A program made the position numbers and the translations under genes. Under the pieces are notes generated by a model. It saw nothing but the letters and a program-made list of their open reading frames with translations. It made no database searches and was not told the DNA's origin. This document shows, piece after piece, positions 50,776-63,038 of a stretch of 64,000 nucleotides of DNA. The stretch lies in assembly GCA_963813335.1 (NCBI GenBank), contig CAWEYL010000003.1, positions 160,001 to 224,000 on the forward strand. Reading direction: 5' to 3'. Source of the stretch: an uncultured Chloroflexia bacterium (GTDB taxonomy: Bacteria > Chloroflexota > Limnocylindria > Limnocylindrales > CSP1-4). Positions within the stretch are counted from its first letter, which is position 1, and each line of letters starts with the position of its first letter.

Positions 50776-51839
50776 CGACCGTCCCGCTCGCCTACGTCTG
50801 GGGCGACGACGAGTTCGCCGTGGAGCGCGTGATCCGCGAGTTCGCGAGCCGGCTGGCAGGCGACGTCGGTGCCCCGCTCGAGCGCTGGGACACCCGCGTC
50901 GACAAGGTCCACGCTGCCGCGCAGGTCGCCGAGCTGGGCGAACGCCTGGGGACTGGCGTGATGTTCGGCGGCGGGACGCTGGCCGTGGTCGCGAACCTTG
51001 GCGTGGCCGCCCCCGGCAAGGCCGGCAAGGACGCGCTCGTCGCGATGCTGGACGTCATCCAGCCCGGCAACGCCCTCGCGGTCGTCGACCTCGTCGAGAC
51101 GGGCAAGGCCAAGCGGGACGCGCCGCCCCAGAAGGTCCTGGCGGCCGCGATCGCGGAACGCAAGGGTGTGGTCGCGTTCCGCCAGTCGCCGAAGGCCAAC
51201 GACCTCGCGGGTTGGATCGCGGCGCAGGCGCACGAGCGCGACATGGCCCTCGCCCCGGGGGCCGCGAAGGAGCTGGCCGAGCGGATCGGCGGCTTCGTCA
51301 GCCAGGGCGACGCCGAGCGCCGCTACCAGACCCGGACGGCGTCGATGGAGCTCGACAAGCTGGCGCTCTACCGCGACGGGGCGACGGTCACGATCGAGGA
51401 CGTCCGCGCCCTCGTGGCTGAGGCGGTCCCGGGCTCGATCTGGGCCTTCAGCGATGCCGTCGGCGAGCGCAGGACCGGGCCGGCCCTCACCATGCTCGAG
51501 CGATTGCTCGACACCGCCCCCGAGCCGGTGCTGATCACGGTCCTGCACCGGCGGATCCGCGAGCTGCTCGAGATGGCCGACCGCCTGGCCGCCGGCGAGT
51601 CGCTCGCGGCGGCCGCGCGGGCGATGGCCATCAACAGCGAGTTCCGGGCGAGGACGCTGGCAGCCCAGGCGCGGGTCTGGACGATCCCCGAGCTGCACGC
51701 CGCGCTGGACGGCCTGCTCGAGATCGACGCGCTGATCAAGGGGGCGCCTGGGACGTTCGCCACCACCGAGCAGCGCCGGATGGCGTTCACGCTCTGGGTG
51801 ATCGACCACGTCGGCGCCCGCGAGCGCCGCTCAGCCTAG
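50772..51839 (+). CDS. holA: DNA polymerase III delta subunit
   Basis: YVWGDDEF, MFGG, W...A....., MELDKLALY, ITIEDV-like motif, IWAFSDAV, D..IKG; usual position after comEC. Confidence 0.85.
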   Translation: MTTVPLAYVWGDDEFAVERVIREFASRLAGDVGAPLERWDTRVDKVHAAAQVAELGERLGTGVMFGGGTLAVVANLGVAAPGKAGKDALVAMLDVIQPGNALAVVDLVETGKAKRDAPPQKVLAAAIAERKGVVAFRQSPKANDLAGWIAAQAHERDMALAPGAAKELAERIGGFVSQGDAERRYQTRTASMELDKLALYRDGATVTIEDVRALVAEAVPGSIWAFSDAVGERRTGPALTMLERLLDTAPEPVLITVLHRRIRELLEMADRLAAGESLAAAARAMAINSEFRARTLAAQARVWTIPELHAALDGLLEIDALIKGAPGTFATTEQRRMAFTLWVIDHVGARERRSA

Positions 51840-52084
51840 GAGGACCAGGCCTGCTCCTGGACGACGAGGTCGCTCTCGATGGCGAAGACGCAGCGGCCCT
51901 CGCCCAGGTCGAGCAGCTCGATCAGGTCGGGGTCGATGTAGAGCTGCGAGCAGTCCTCGCACAGGCCGCCGGGGATGCCGAAGCACAGCCGCTCACTCCG
52001 GTCGGGCAACCGGAACGTGGTATCGAACCGGGTCGTGATGAGCCGGCGACCACAGGCTGGGCAACGGTCTCGCATGGGCGACAT
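51836..52084 (-). CDS. Small zinc-finger protein (YgiT-type)
   Basis: CPACG...IPGGLCEDC.Q.Y. ATG 6 nt after TAGATT. Confidence 0.7.
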   Translation of the reverse strand: MSPMRDRCPACGRRLITTRFDTTFRLPDRSERLCFGIPGGLCEDCSQLYIDPDLIELLDLGEGRCVFAIESDLVVQEQAWSS

Positions 52085-52184
52085 GCGCGAAATCTAGGCT
52101 CGGCCCGTCATCCCCCGGCATGACCCGACGGTACTGGCCACCCCGTACCCGCCCGAACCGCCCTCGACGGCCGCGCGACCCCCG

Positions 52185-52697
52185 CTACAGGACGCGGAGG
52201 ACGGTCTTCGCCTCGGACCAGTGCTTCTCCAGCCCGTAGTAGTCGCGCTCGGGCGGCGTGAAGATGTGGACGATGACCGAGCCGTAGTCGAGCAGGACCC
52301 AGTGCGACGCGGCCGTGCCCTCGCGGCCGATGGGCCTGGTCTTGCTGTCGCGCAGCTCGCTCGCGATCCCGTCCGCGATCGCCGCGATCTGGCGCTCCGA
52401 GCCGCCCGAGCAGATCACGAAGTAGTCCGCGAGGGTGGTGAGCGGGTACAGCTCGAGCAGCACGATGTCGGCTGCCTTCTTGTCCTCGGCCAGCTCGACG
52501 ATGCGGCGGGCGAGCGCGAGCGGCTCCTGGTCGGCCTTCGGGGCGGCGGCCCGGCGCGGCAGGCCGTCGGCGTTCGGCGCCCCGCTGGCGGGCGCGGCCT
52601 TGGTCGTCGCCTTGGGCTTCGCGGCGGTCTTGCGCTTCGCAGTCGCCTTCGGCTTCGCGGCGGCCTTCGGCTTCGCCGGAAGCGCGGGTTCGGTCAC
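52185..52697 (-). CDS. rsfS: Ribosome silencing factor with Lys/Ala/Pro-rich N-terminal extension
   Basis: DKKAADI, ADYFVICSG.SERQ, WVLLDYG.VIVHIF...RDYYGLEK.W. Confidence 0.95.
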   Translation of the reverse strand: MTEPALPAKPKAAAKPKATAKRKTAAKPKATTKAAPASGAPNADGLPRRAAAPKADQEPLALARRIVELAEDKKAADIVLLELYPLTTLADYFVICSGGSERQIAAIADGIASELRDSKTRPIGREGTAASHWVLLDYGSVIVHIFTPPERDYYGLEKHWSEAKTVLRVL

Positions 52698-53323
52698 GAT
52701 CGGTCATCCCTCCTGGTGGTTCGGTAGAGGTCATGGTCGCCGATATAGGCGGCCACCGCATCCGGGACCAGGTAGCGCAGGGACCGTCCCGTGGCGGCGC
52801 GCGTCCGCAGCTCCGAGGCTGACAGTCGGATGCGCGGCCCGTCGAGCACCACGACCCGTCCCTCCATCCCCGGAAAGTGGCGGGCCACGAGCTCGGGCCC
52901 GGCGTCCGGGTAGCCGTCGCGCGGCGCGATCGCCAGCCGCGCCAGCTCCAGCACGCGCCGCGGCTCGTGCCAGGTGGGCAGGCCTGCATACGCCTCCGAC
53001 GAGAGGATCAGCACGAGGTCCGGATCCGTGGCGGCGAGCGCCTCGAGCGTGTCGACGGTGTACGACGGGCCGGGCCGGTCGAGCTCGATCCGGCTGGCCT
53101 CGAACGCCGGGTTGCCGGCGATCGCCGCCTCGACCATCGCCAGCCGGTCGGCGCCCGACGAGATCGCCTGGTCCGGCTTGTGCGGCGGCACGCCGGCCGG
53201 CATGAACAGCACGCGCTCGAGCCCGAGGCTGTCGCGGGCCGACTCGGCCACCGCGAGATGGGCGAGGTGGATGGGATCGAAGGTGCCGCCGAAGACGCCC
53301 AGGCCCCGGTGTCGGCCGATCAC
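52694..53323 (-). CDS. nadD: Nicotinate-nucleotide adenylyltransferase
   Basis: GVFGGTFDPIH.AHL, PPHK, SYTVDTL, LSASELR, YLVP..V..YI. GTGA overlap with obgE stop. Confidence 0.95.
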   Translation of the reverse strand: MIGRHRGLGVFGGTFDPIHLAHLAVAESARDSLGLERVLFMPAGVPPHKPDQAISSGADRLAMVEAAIAGNPAFEASRIELDRPGPSYTVDTLEALAATDPDLVLILSSEAYAGLPTWHEPRRVLELARLAIAPRDGYPDAGPELVARHFPGMEGRVVVLDGPRIRLSASELRTRAATGRSLRYLVPDAVAAYIGDHDLYRTTRRDDRS

Positions 53324-54616
53324 CGCTCGTCCCACGGTTCGGGCTCCCACTCGAGCTCGGTCGCGCCGATGCGGACCATGTCGCCCGGCACGATGCCGGC
53401 GCGCCGGAGCCCCGTGTCGATCCCCATCTTCGCGAGGTCGCGCTGGAAGCGCTCGGCCGATTCCTCGACCTCGAAATTGGTCTGGGCCGCGATCCGCTCG
53501 ATGCGCGTGCCGCGGACCCGGAAGACGCCGTCCTCCTCGGGCTCGATGGTGAAGCCGTCGCCGATCGCCTCGATGCGATGGACCACGACCCCCGACGGCT
53601 CGGGTGGCTCCGCCATGTCCGCGGGGTCCGGCAGCAGCTCGGCGAGCCGGGCGCGGAACGCGCCGACGCCCTCCCCCGTGGCCGCGGACAGCGCGACGAC
53701 GGCGAGACCGTCCGCCTCGCGCTTGCGGCGGAACGCGGGCCACGCCTCCGCGGCGCGCCGGCAGGTCCACCTTGTTGAAGGCGATCAGCATCGGCTTGGC
53801 GAGGAGCGCCGGGTCGTGAGCCGCCAGCTCGTCGCGGATGATCTCGTGGTCCCACTCGGGGTCGCGCGACGAGCCGTCCACGACGTGGACGAGGATGCGG
53901 GTCCGCTCGACGTGGCGCAGGAACTCGTGGCCCAGCCCGAGGCCGGCGCTCGCGCCCTCGATCAGCCCGGGGACGTCGGCGATCGACGGCCGGCGCTCGT
54001 CCTCGTCGCCGAGGTCCATGACCCCGAGGTTCGGCTCGAGGGTCGTGAACGGGTAGTCGGCGATCTTCGGCTGGGCCGCGGTGACGGCCGCGAGGATCGT
54101 GGACTTGCCGGCGTTCGGGAGCCCCACGAGCCCGATGTCGGCGATCAGCCGGAGCTCGAGGCGGAACGCCCCCTCGGTACCCGGTTCGCCTTTCTGGGCG
54201 TGCTTGGGGGCCTGGTGCGTGGAGGTCTTGAAGTGCGTGTTCCCGAGGCCGCCGCGCCCGCCGCGGGCGATCATCGCGCGCTGCCCGCGGGCCACGAGGT
54301 CCGCCACGAGCTCGCCGGTCTCGTCGCTGTACACGGCCGTCCCGGGCGGGACGGTCAGGACGAGGTCGTCGCCGGCCTTGCCGTGCCGGCGCGAGCCCTC
54401 GCCCCGACCGCCCGGCGTCGCCTTGAAGTGGCGCTTCACCTGGAAGTCGCGCAGCGTGGTCTGGCCGGGGTCGACCTCGAGGTAGATGGAGCCGCCCCGG
54501 CCGCCGTCGCCGCCATCGGGCCCGCCGCGCGGGACATGGGCCTCACGTCGGAACGTCGCGGCCCCGTCGCCCCCATCGCCGGCACGGACCCGGATCGTCA
54601 CGCGGTCGAGGAACAT
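53320..54616 (-). CDS. obgE: GTPase ObgE with apparent +1 frameshift near 53755
   Basis: MFLDRV, GGPDGGDGGRGG, GLPNAGKST, YPFTT, DVPGLIEGA, NKVD. The C-terminal domain (G.V.GD.VRIG..E.EW) is in the +1 frame, ORF 53320-53616. Confidence 0.93.
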
Positions 54617-54683
54617 CGGACGCATTCTCGCATGGCGTCCGGACCATCCCGCGAGAGGAGACCGAGTCGCCGGGGCGAGCGAC

Positions 54684-56084
54684 CTAGAGGTAGCCCAGCG
54701 GGTTGACGCGCGTGCCGCCGTCCCAGACGGGGCCCACCCAGACCTCGAAGTGGAGGTGCGGGCCGGTGGCGTTGCCGGACTGGCCGATGCGACCCACCTG
54801 CTGGCCGCGGTCCACGTGCTGGCCGCGCCCGACGGTGATCGCCGACATGTGGTTGTACGTGGTGTACAGGTTCGAGCCGTGGGCGATCCAGACCTGGTAG
54901 CCGCCGCCGTTGCTCTTCCAGCCGGCGAAGATGACCGTCCCGCCGCCGCCCGCACGCACCGTCGAGCCGTAGTCGGCGGCGATGTCGATCGCGTAGTGGC
55001 CGTAGTGGAAGTACTGGCTGATGTAGTTGCCGCCGCCGACCACCGGCCACAGGAAGTGGCCGCCGTTGTAGGTCGTGGGCGGTCGGACCGAGCCGCCACC
55101 GCCACCGCCGCCGCTCGAGTGGCGCGTCGTGTGGGTGATGGTGGTCTTGGCCGGCGGCTTCGGGATCTTGATGCCCTTGCCCGCCGCGCCCGGGATCACG
55201 ATGACCTGGCCGACGACCAGGTTCGGATCCTGGAGCCCGTTCGTGGTGAGGATGTCCTGCTTGTCGACGCTGTACTTCGCGGCGAAGGCGTCGAGCGTGT
55301 CGTTCGGCGTGACCGTCACGACCAGGCCCGTGACCGGCGGGATCGTGAGGACCTGGCCGATGTGCAGGTCGTTCTTGTTCTTGAGGTCGTTGGCCCACCA
55401 GACCGTCATCATCGAGACGTCGAACTTGGCGGCGATGCCGACGAGCGTGTCGCCCGACTTCACCTTGTAGGTCCGCAGGAGGTCGCTGCCGTCCTCGATG
55501 GCCGTGTCGACGGCGATCGGCTTGAGGAGGGTGCCGTCCTCGAGGAAGGGGCCCTGGACGGCCACGGTCGCGCTGTCGGTGACCGTGTTGCCGGAATCGC
55601 CGGCGGCAAGGTTCGCGTCGACGCCGGATGCACCGCCGTCCCCGGCGCTCACGCTCTGGTAGTCGTCCCCGTCGATCGCGCCGTTGCGGGCGAGGCCGCC
55701 GACCGCGGCAGCCGGGATGCGGGCCGCGTCGCCGTCGCCGGTCGGGCCGCCGATCGGGCCGCCGTTCGCGGGGCCGCCGGCCGACACGCTCGCGACCGAT
55801 GCGCCGAGCACGATGGTCGCGACGGCCACGGCGACGATCCGGTCGTGCCCGAGGCGGGCGACGAGTCCGCGACTGCCGAGCGGCGCCGCCTGCGCCCGGT
55901 GGCGGCGGCGGTCATGGGTGGGGGCGAGGTGGGCGGCAACGGCGAGGGAGCGCACGCCGCCGCGCACCTGGCGGGCAGCAGACGCACTCCGGGTCTGGAG
56001 CGTCGAAGCGGGGTCGGGCCCGAGGCTCCTGGGTCGACGCAGCCGTCCGATGACGCGCTGGACGCCGACCGATGCATTCAGCAA
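54684..56084 (-). CDS. LysM-M23 peptidoglycan endopeptidase
   Basis: TM segment, two LysM (YKVKSGDTL..IA; V.PNDTL), HYAIDI, Y.HM, GPHLHFEV. TTG start with AGGAG RBS. Confidence 0.92.
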   Translation of the reverse strand: MLNASVGVQRVIGRLRRPRSLGPDPASTLQTRSASAARQVRGGVRSLAVAAHLAPTHDRRRHRAQAAPLGSRGLVARLGHDRIVAVAVATIVLGASVASVSAGGPANGGPIGGPTGDGDAARIPAAAVGGLARNGAIDGDDYQSVSAGDGGASGVDANLAAGDSGNTVTDSATVAVQGPFLEDGTLLKPIAVDTAIEDGSDLLRTYKVKSGDTLVGIAAKFDVSMMTVWWANDLKNKNDLHIGQVLTIPPVTGLVVTVTPNDTLDAFAAKYSVDKQDILTTNGLQDPNLVVGQVIVIPGAAGKGIKIPKPPAKTTITHTTRHSSGGGGGGGSVRPPTTYNGGHFLWPVVGGGNYISQYFHYGHYAIDIAADYGSTVRAGGGGTVIFAGWKSNGGGYQVWIAHGSNLYTTYNHMSAITVGRGQHVDRGQQVGRIGQSGNATGPHLHFEVWVGPVWDGGTRVNPLGYL

Positions 56085-56352
56085 TACGGTCTCCTGGCGT
56101 GTGGGACGGTCGCTGGCGCGGGATGGTGCGCGAGGATCTCGGAGTGGGGGTCGACCGTCCTGGGTCGCGGTATCGAGCTGGGGGTCTCTCTTCGCGGCCG
56201 CTACCCGCTTCTCGGGCTACGACATCACCCCGAACGGTACCACGGAGGTTGCGACACTGACAAACCCCAGAAGCTTGCGAAACGGTGACAGTTGCCCTTC
56301 TGTGGTGGCTCCGGGCACCGTCGCAGCGTCCGGCGACCGCCTGACCGCCCCT

Positions 56353-57747
56353 CTAGGCGTCGAGGCTCTTGGTCAGCGTCGAGAGGAACTCGGCGTTCGA
56401 CTGGGTCTTGGCCAGCCGATTGAGCAGGATCTCGATGCCCTCGTTGGCGCCGACCGCGGACAGCATCCGGCGCATGGTCCAGACCATCTTGAGGGTGCCC
56501 TCCTCGAGGAGCAGCTCCTCGCGCCGGGTGCCCGAGCGCTGCACGTCGATGGACGGGAAGATCCGCTTCTCGGCGAGCTTGCGATCGAGGATGAGCTCCG
56601 AGTTACCGGTGCCCTTGAACTCCTCGTAGATGACGTCGTCCATGCGCGAGCCGGTGTCGACGAGGCATGTGCCGATGATGGTCAGCGAGCCGCCTTCCTC
56701 GATGTTGCGCGCCGCCCCGAAGAAGCGCTTCGGGGGATAGAGGGCGATCGGGTCGAGGCCACCGGAGAGGGTCCGGCCCGACGGCGGGAGGGCGAGGTTG
56801 TAGGCGCGGGCGAGCCGCGTGATCGAGTCGAGCAGGATCACGACGTCGCGGCCGGTCTCGACCTGGCGCTTGGCGATCTCGAGCGCCATCTCGGCGACAT
56901 GGGTGTGGTTCTCGGTCGGCTCGTCGAAGGTCGAGCTGATGACCTCGCCCTTGACGCTGCGACGCATGTCGGTGACCTCCTCGGGGCGCTCGCCGATGAG
57001 CGCGACCATGAGGAGCATCTCCGGGTAGTTGGCGCTGATGCCGTTGGCGATCTGCTTGAGGAGCATCGTCTTGCCGGCCTTCGGCGGGCTGACGATGAGG
57101 GCGCGCTGGCCCTTGCCGAGCGGGTTCACGAGGTTGATCAGCCGCTGGCTGAGGTTCTTCGGGTCCGTCTCGAGGTTGATCAGGACGTCCGGGTGGACCG
57201 GGGTCAGGTCGCCGAAGACCGGTCGGCGGCGGGCGGTCTCGGTGTCGACGCCGTTGACCGAGTCGACCCGGAGCATGCCCCAGTACTTCTCGGCCTCGCG
57301 CGGGGCGCGCACGGCGCCGGCGACGCGGTCGCCGATGCGCAGGCCGAAGCGGCGCACCTGGCTGGAGCTGACGTAGACGTCGTCCGGGCTGGGCAGCAGG
57401 CCGTGGCGGCGCATGAAGCCGAAGCCCTCGTCGACGATGTCGAGGATGCCGCTCGCGTAGGCGTGGCCGGCTCGCTCCGTCTGGCGCTGGAGGATGAGGT
57501 CGACGAGGTCGTCCTTGCGCTCTCCGGCGGCGGTCTCGAGCTCGAGGTCGCGGGAGACCTGGCGGAGCTCCGACACGCTCATCTCGCGGAGGTCGCTGAC
57601 CTCGAGGTCGTTCCGCTCACGGGCGGCCTCGAGCTCCTGCTGCTCCTCGAATTCGGTGACTGGGGCGCGGCCGCCACCGATGGGATTGCGTCGGCGGGGA
57701 CGGCGGTTGCGCGATCGATCGCGCTGGTCTGGGCCTGGTCCGGGCAT
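56353..57747 (-). CDS. rho: Transcription termination factor Rho
   Basis: GFGFMR, DVYVS.SQ.RRFGL, GKGQR.LIVSPPKAGKT, ERPEEVTD, LDSITRLARAYN, EEFKGTGN, SGTRREELL. Confidence 0.98.
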   Translation of the reverse strand: MPGPGPDQRDRSRNRRPRRRNPIGGGRAPVTEFEEQQELEAARERNDLEVSDLREMSVSELRQVSRDLELETAAGERKDDLVDLILQRQTERAGHAYASGILDIVDEGFGFMRRHGLLPSPDDVYVSSSQVRRFGLRIGDRVAGAVRAPREAEKYWGMLRVDSVNGVDTETARRRPVFGDLTPVHPDVLINLETDPKNLSQRLINLVNPLGKGQRALIVSPPKAGKTMLLKQIANGISANYPEMLLMVALIGERPEEVTDMRRSVKGEVISSTFDEPTENHTHVAEMALEIAKRQVETGRDVVILLDSITRLARAYNLALPPSGRTLSGGLDPIALYPPKRFFGAARNIEEGGSLTIIGTCLVDTGSRMDDVIYEEFKGTGNSELILDRKLAEKRIFPSIDVQRSGTRREELLLEEGTLKMVWTMRRMLSAVGANEGIEILLNRLAKTQSNAEFLSTLTKSLDA

Positions 57748-57899
57748 ATGGGAAGGGTCACCTACGGGTGAAGGAGGGGGCCGGGCGATGGTGCGCGCGG
57801 AATCGCTGCCGCAGCGCGGGTGCCGGTCGGGATGAGCGGAGCATAGACGCGCCGCGCGGGCTCGTCAACGGCCTGCGAGCCCGTACCATCGGGCGTGCC

Positions 57900-58877
57900 A
57901 TGCCCAGACCCGACGGCCTGACGATCGGCCCGTTCACGCCCGACGCGCTCGACGAGGCGGGCCGCCTGCTGGCCGCCCGCCACCGGGTCCAGCGGCTGAC
58001 CGAGCCCGGCCTCTCGCCGGCCTACGAGGATCCGGCCCTCGCGCGGGCCGAGGTGGCCTCGATCGCGGCCGGCGACGGGGCGTCCGGCGCGGTCGCCCGC
58101 CGCGGCGGCGAGCTGGTGGGCTATCTCCTGGGCTCGCCGCGCGCCGCGCTGTGGGGTGCCAACCGCTGGGTGGAGGGGGCCGGCCACGCGGTGCTCGACC
58201 CCGAGACGGTCCGCGACCTGTACGGGTTCGCCGCGGGCCGCTGGGTCGAGGAGGGGGCGACGAACCACTACGCCATCGTGCCGGCCACCGACCCGGCCCT
58301 CGTGGAGGCATGGTTCCGCGTCGGGTTCGGCCAGCAGCACGTCCACGCCATCCGCGAGGTGCCGGATGCCGGGATGACGGCCACGGCCCGCGACGGGCTC
58401 ACCGTGCGGCGGGCCGAGCGCCGCGACATCGGGGCGATGGGCCGCATCGACGTCGCGCTGCCGGAGCACCAGGTGCGCTCGCCGGTCTTCTCGATGCAGA
58501 CGCCGCCGACGGTCGAGGCGTCGGTCGCGGACATCGAGGCGGACTTCGATGACCCGCGCTTCGCGACGTTCGTCGTCGAGCACGACGGTGCCGTGGTCGG
58601 CTTCGCGGTGGGCTGCGGCATCGAGATGTCGTCCGAGCACCGCGGCATCGTGCGGCCCGACCGGGCCGGCTTCCTGGGGTTCGCGGCCGTGCTGCCGGAG
58701 GCGCGCGGCCTCGGAGCCGGCCGGGTCCTCGGCGAGGCGGTCCTCGCGTGGTCGCGCGACGCGGGCTATCCGACGGTCATCACCGACTGGCGCGAGACGA
58801 ACCTGCTCTCGAGCCGAACCTGGCCGCGGCTCGGCTTCCGCCCGATCTTCCGGCGCCTGTTCCGCGCGATCGCCTGA
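57900..58877 (+). CDS. Tandem GNAT-family acetyltransferase
   Basis: AVLPEARGLGAG acetyl-CoA motif, TDWRETN, W..LGF; degenerate N-terminal GNAT. Confidence 0.85.
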   Translation: MPRPDGLTIGPFTPDALDEAGRLLAARHRVQRLTEPGLSPAYEDPALARAEVASIAAGDGASGAVARRGGELVGYLLGSPRAALWGANRWVEGAGHAVLDPETVRDLYGFAAGRWVEEGATNHYAIVPATDPALVEAWFRVGFGQQHVHAIREVPDAGMTATARDGLTVRRAERRDIGAMGRIDVALPEHQVRSPVFSMQTPPTVEASVADIEADFDDPRFATFVVEHDGAVVGFAVGCGIEMSSEHRGIVRPDRAGFLGFAAVLPEARGLGAGRVLGEAVLAWSRDAGYPTVITDWRETNLLSSRTWPRLGFRPIFRRLFRAIA

Positions 58878-58956
58878 CCGCGGGTGGGCTGGCGGGGGCC
58901 GCGGCTTGGCCCGGGGCGGCGACGGCTCACCGGACGGGAACCGCCGCGCATCAGCT

Positions 58957-59113
58957 CCTGTCAGATGACCACCAGGCGGTCGCTGGTCAGAGATCCCCGG
59001 CCAGATGGTCGTCTGGGGATGCATCTGACATGCGCGGGCGGGCGACCCGTGCGTGCGGCCCGGGGCGGCCGGCGTCGATCGGTGACCAAGGACCGCCTGA
59101 GGGTCGTCTGGCA
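58957..59113. repeat. Palindromic intergenic element, copy B
   Basis: CAGATGACC..CAGGCGGTC..TGGTCA pairs with TGACCA..GACCGCCTG..GGTCGTCTG; internal CAGATG-N14-CATCTG; homologous to 4399-4575. Confidence 0.75.
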
Positions 59114-59178
59114 CACGGGGTCCAGGGCCGGACCGGTCGTTCTGCAGAACGCGGTCGGCCGGCCGGGCCGGCACGCGA

Positions 59179-59841
59179 TCAGGCCTTGGACGCCGCCGCG
59201 GCGCGAGCGCCTTCCCAGTCCTTCTTGAACTGGACGATGCCCTTGTCGGTCAGGGGGTGGTGGACCATCTGCTGGAGGACCTTGAACGGGACCGTCGCGA
59301 CGTGCGCCCCGGCCAGCGCGGCCTGGGTCATGTGCAGCGGGTTGCGGATGGAGGCGGCGAGGACCTCGGTGTCCAGCTCGTGGATGGCGACGATCTCCAC
59401 CAGCTCGCGGATGACGATCATGCCGTCCTGGTTGATGTCGTCGAGCCGGCCCACGAACGGCGAGAGGAGGCTCGCCCCGGCCTTCGCCGCGAGGAGCCCC
59501 TGGTTCGCCGTGAAGATCAACGTGCAGTTGGTCTTGATGCCTTCCTCGGCGAAGCGGTAGATCGCTTCGAGGCCGTTCTCGCTCATCGCGACCTTGACCA
59601 CGATGTTCGGCGCCAGCTTGGCGAAGTGGCGACCCTCCTCGAGCATCCCCTCGACGTCGTCGCTGATGACCTCGGCCGAGACCGGCCCGGAGGTGATCTT
59701 GCAGACCTCCTTGAGGATCTCCTCGTAGGAGCCGCCCACCTTGGCGTAGAGGGTCGGGTTGGTGGTGACCCCGTCGAGCACGCCCCAGCGGGCGGCGATC
59801 CGGATCTCTTCGATATCGGCGGTGTCGAGGAAGATCTTCAT
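59179..59841 (-). CDS. tal: Transaldolase (short FSA-like family)
   Basis: MKIFLDTA, GVTTNP, VSAEV, VVK, TNCTLIF, SPFVGRLDD, LAASIR, HPLTD.G. The Phe in SPFVGR and Glu in SAEV favour transaldolase over fructose-6-phosphate aldolase. Confidence 0.9.
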   Translation of the reverse strand: MKIFLDTADIEEIRIAARWGVLDGVTTNPTLYAKVGGSYEEILKEVCKITSGPVSAEVISDDVEGMLEEGRHFAKLAPNIVVKVAMSENGLEAIYRFAEEGIKTNCTLIFTANQGLLAAKAGASLLSPFVGRLDDINQDGMIVIRELVEIVAIHELDTEVLAASIRNPLHMTQAALAGAHVATVPFKVLQQMVHHPLTDKGIVQFKKDWEGARAAAASKA

Positions 59842-59905
59842 CGGTCGTGGCTCCCTTTCGTTCAGGCGGAGTCTACGGCGCGCGACGTGAACGGATCGTT
59901 GCCGT

Positions 59906-62303
<2,398 letters not shown>

Positions 62304-62405
62304 TCGGAAAGCGGCCCGGATGGCGAATCGGATCCGGCGAACGCGCCGTCGTCGTCGGTCTGGGACGTGGTTGACTAAGTCGGACTAACCTCGTACGGTC
62401 ACCAC

Positions 62406-62642
62406 GTGGTCGAACCGGTGGTGAACATCCACGAAGCCAAGACGCACCTCTCGCGACTCGTCGAACGCGTCGAGGCCGGCGAGGAGGTCGTCATCGCGCG
62501 CGCCGGGCGCCCGGTCGCACGGCTGATCCCCTATCGCGCGCGGACGCGCCTTCGAACGCCCGGGCTCTGGCGCGGGATCGTCCGCATCGCGCCGGACTTC
62601 GACGCGACCGACGACGTCGTGCTCGACGCCTTCGAGTCATGA
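62406..62642 (+). CDS. Phd/YefM-family antitoxin
   Basis: VNIHEAKTHLSRLV..V..GEEV.I.R.G.PVARL. GACTAA repeats in the promoter (62373-62388). Confidence 0.92.
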   Translation: MVEPVVNIHEAKTHLSRLVERVEAGEEVVIARAGRPVARLIPYRARTRLRTPGLWRGIVRIAPDFDATDDVVLDAFES

Positions 62643-63016
62643 TCCTGCTGCTCGACGCCCACACCGTCATCTGGTGGCTCGCGGATGACCCATCCCTGCA
62701 TCCCGCGGCACGCGCTGCGATCGAGGATCCGGCCAACGATGTCCTGGTCTCAGCAGCGAGCATCTGGGAGATCGGCATCAAGCGGGCGCTTGGCAAGCTC
62801 GATGCCCCCGCGGGCCTGGTCGACGCGATCGGCGAGACGGGCTTCGATGTCCTGCCGATCACGGGCATCGACGCCGAGCTCGCCGGGTCGCTGCCGGCGC
62901 ACCATCGCGACCCCTTCGACCGGATGCTCGTGGCCCAGGCGGCGCGCGTCGGCGCGATCGTGGTCAGTCGCGACACGGCCTTCCTCGCGTACGGGACGGA
63001 CGTTCTGACGGCCTGA
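62639..63016 (+). CDS. vapC: PIN-domain (VapC) toxin
   Basis: LLLDAH, VSAASIWEI.IK, HHRDPFDRML.AQA, SRD; ATGA overlap with the antitoxin. Confidence 0.92.
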   Translation: MILLLDAHTVIWWLADDPSLHPAARAAIEDPANDVLVSAASIWEIGIKRALGKLDAPAGLVDAIGETGFDVLPITGIDAELAGSLPAHHRDPFDRMLVAQAARVGAIVVSRDTAFLAYGTDVLTA

Positions 63017-63038
63017 GCGACCGCGACCGGCACTCGCC

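Noticed and set aside
52694-55105. 803-aa ORF appearing to fuse ObgE to NadD
   Set aside because: Produced by the single extra base near 53755; the true ObgE C-terminal domain is in the +1 frame and nadD has its own coupled GTG.
56335-56346. GACCGCCTGA match to the palindromic element arm after rho
   Set aside because: Only about 10 nt, without the CAGATG blocks or partner arm; compatible with chance.
62406-63016. Toxin-antitoxin pair as a novel defence system
   Set aside because: Ordinary Phd-VapC type II module with no associated defence genes.
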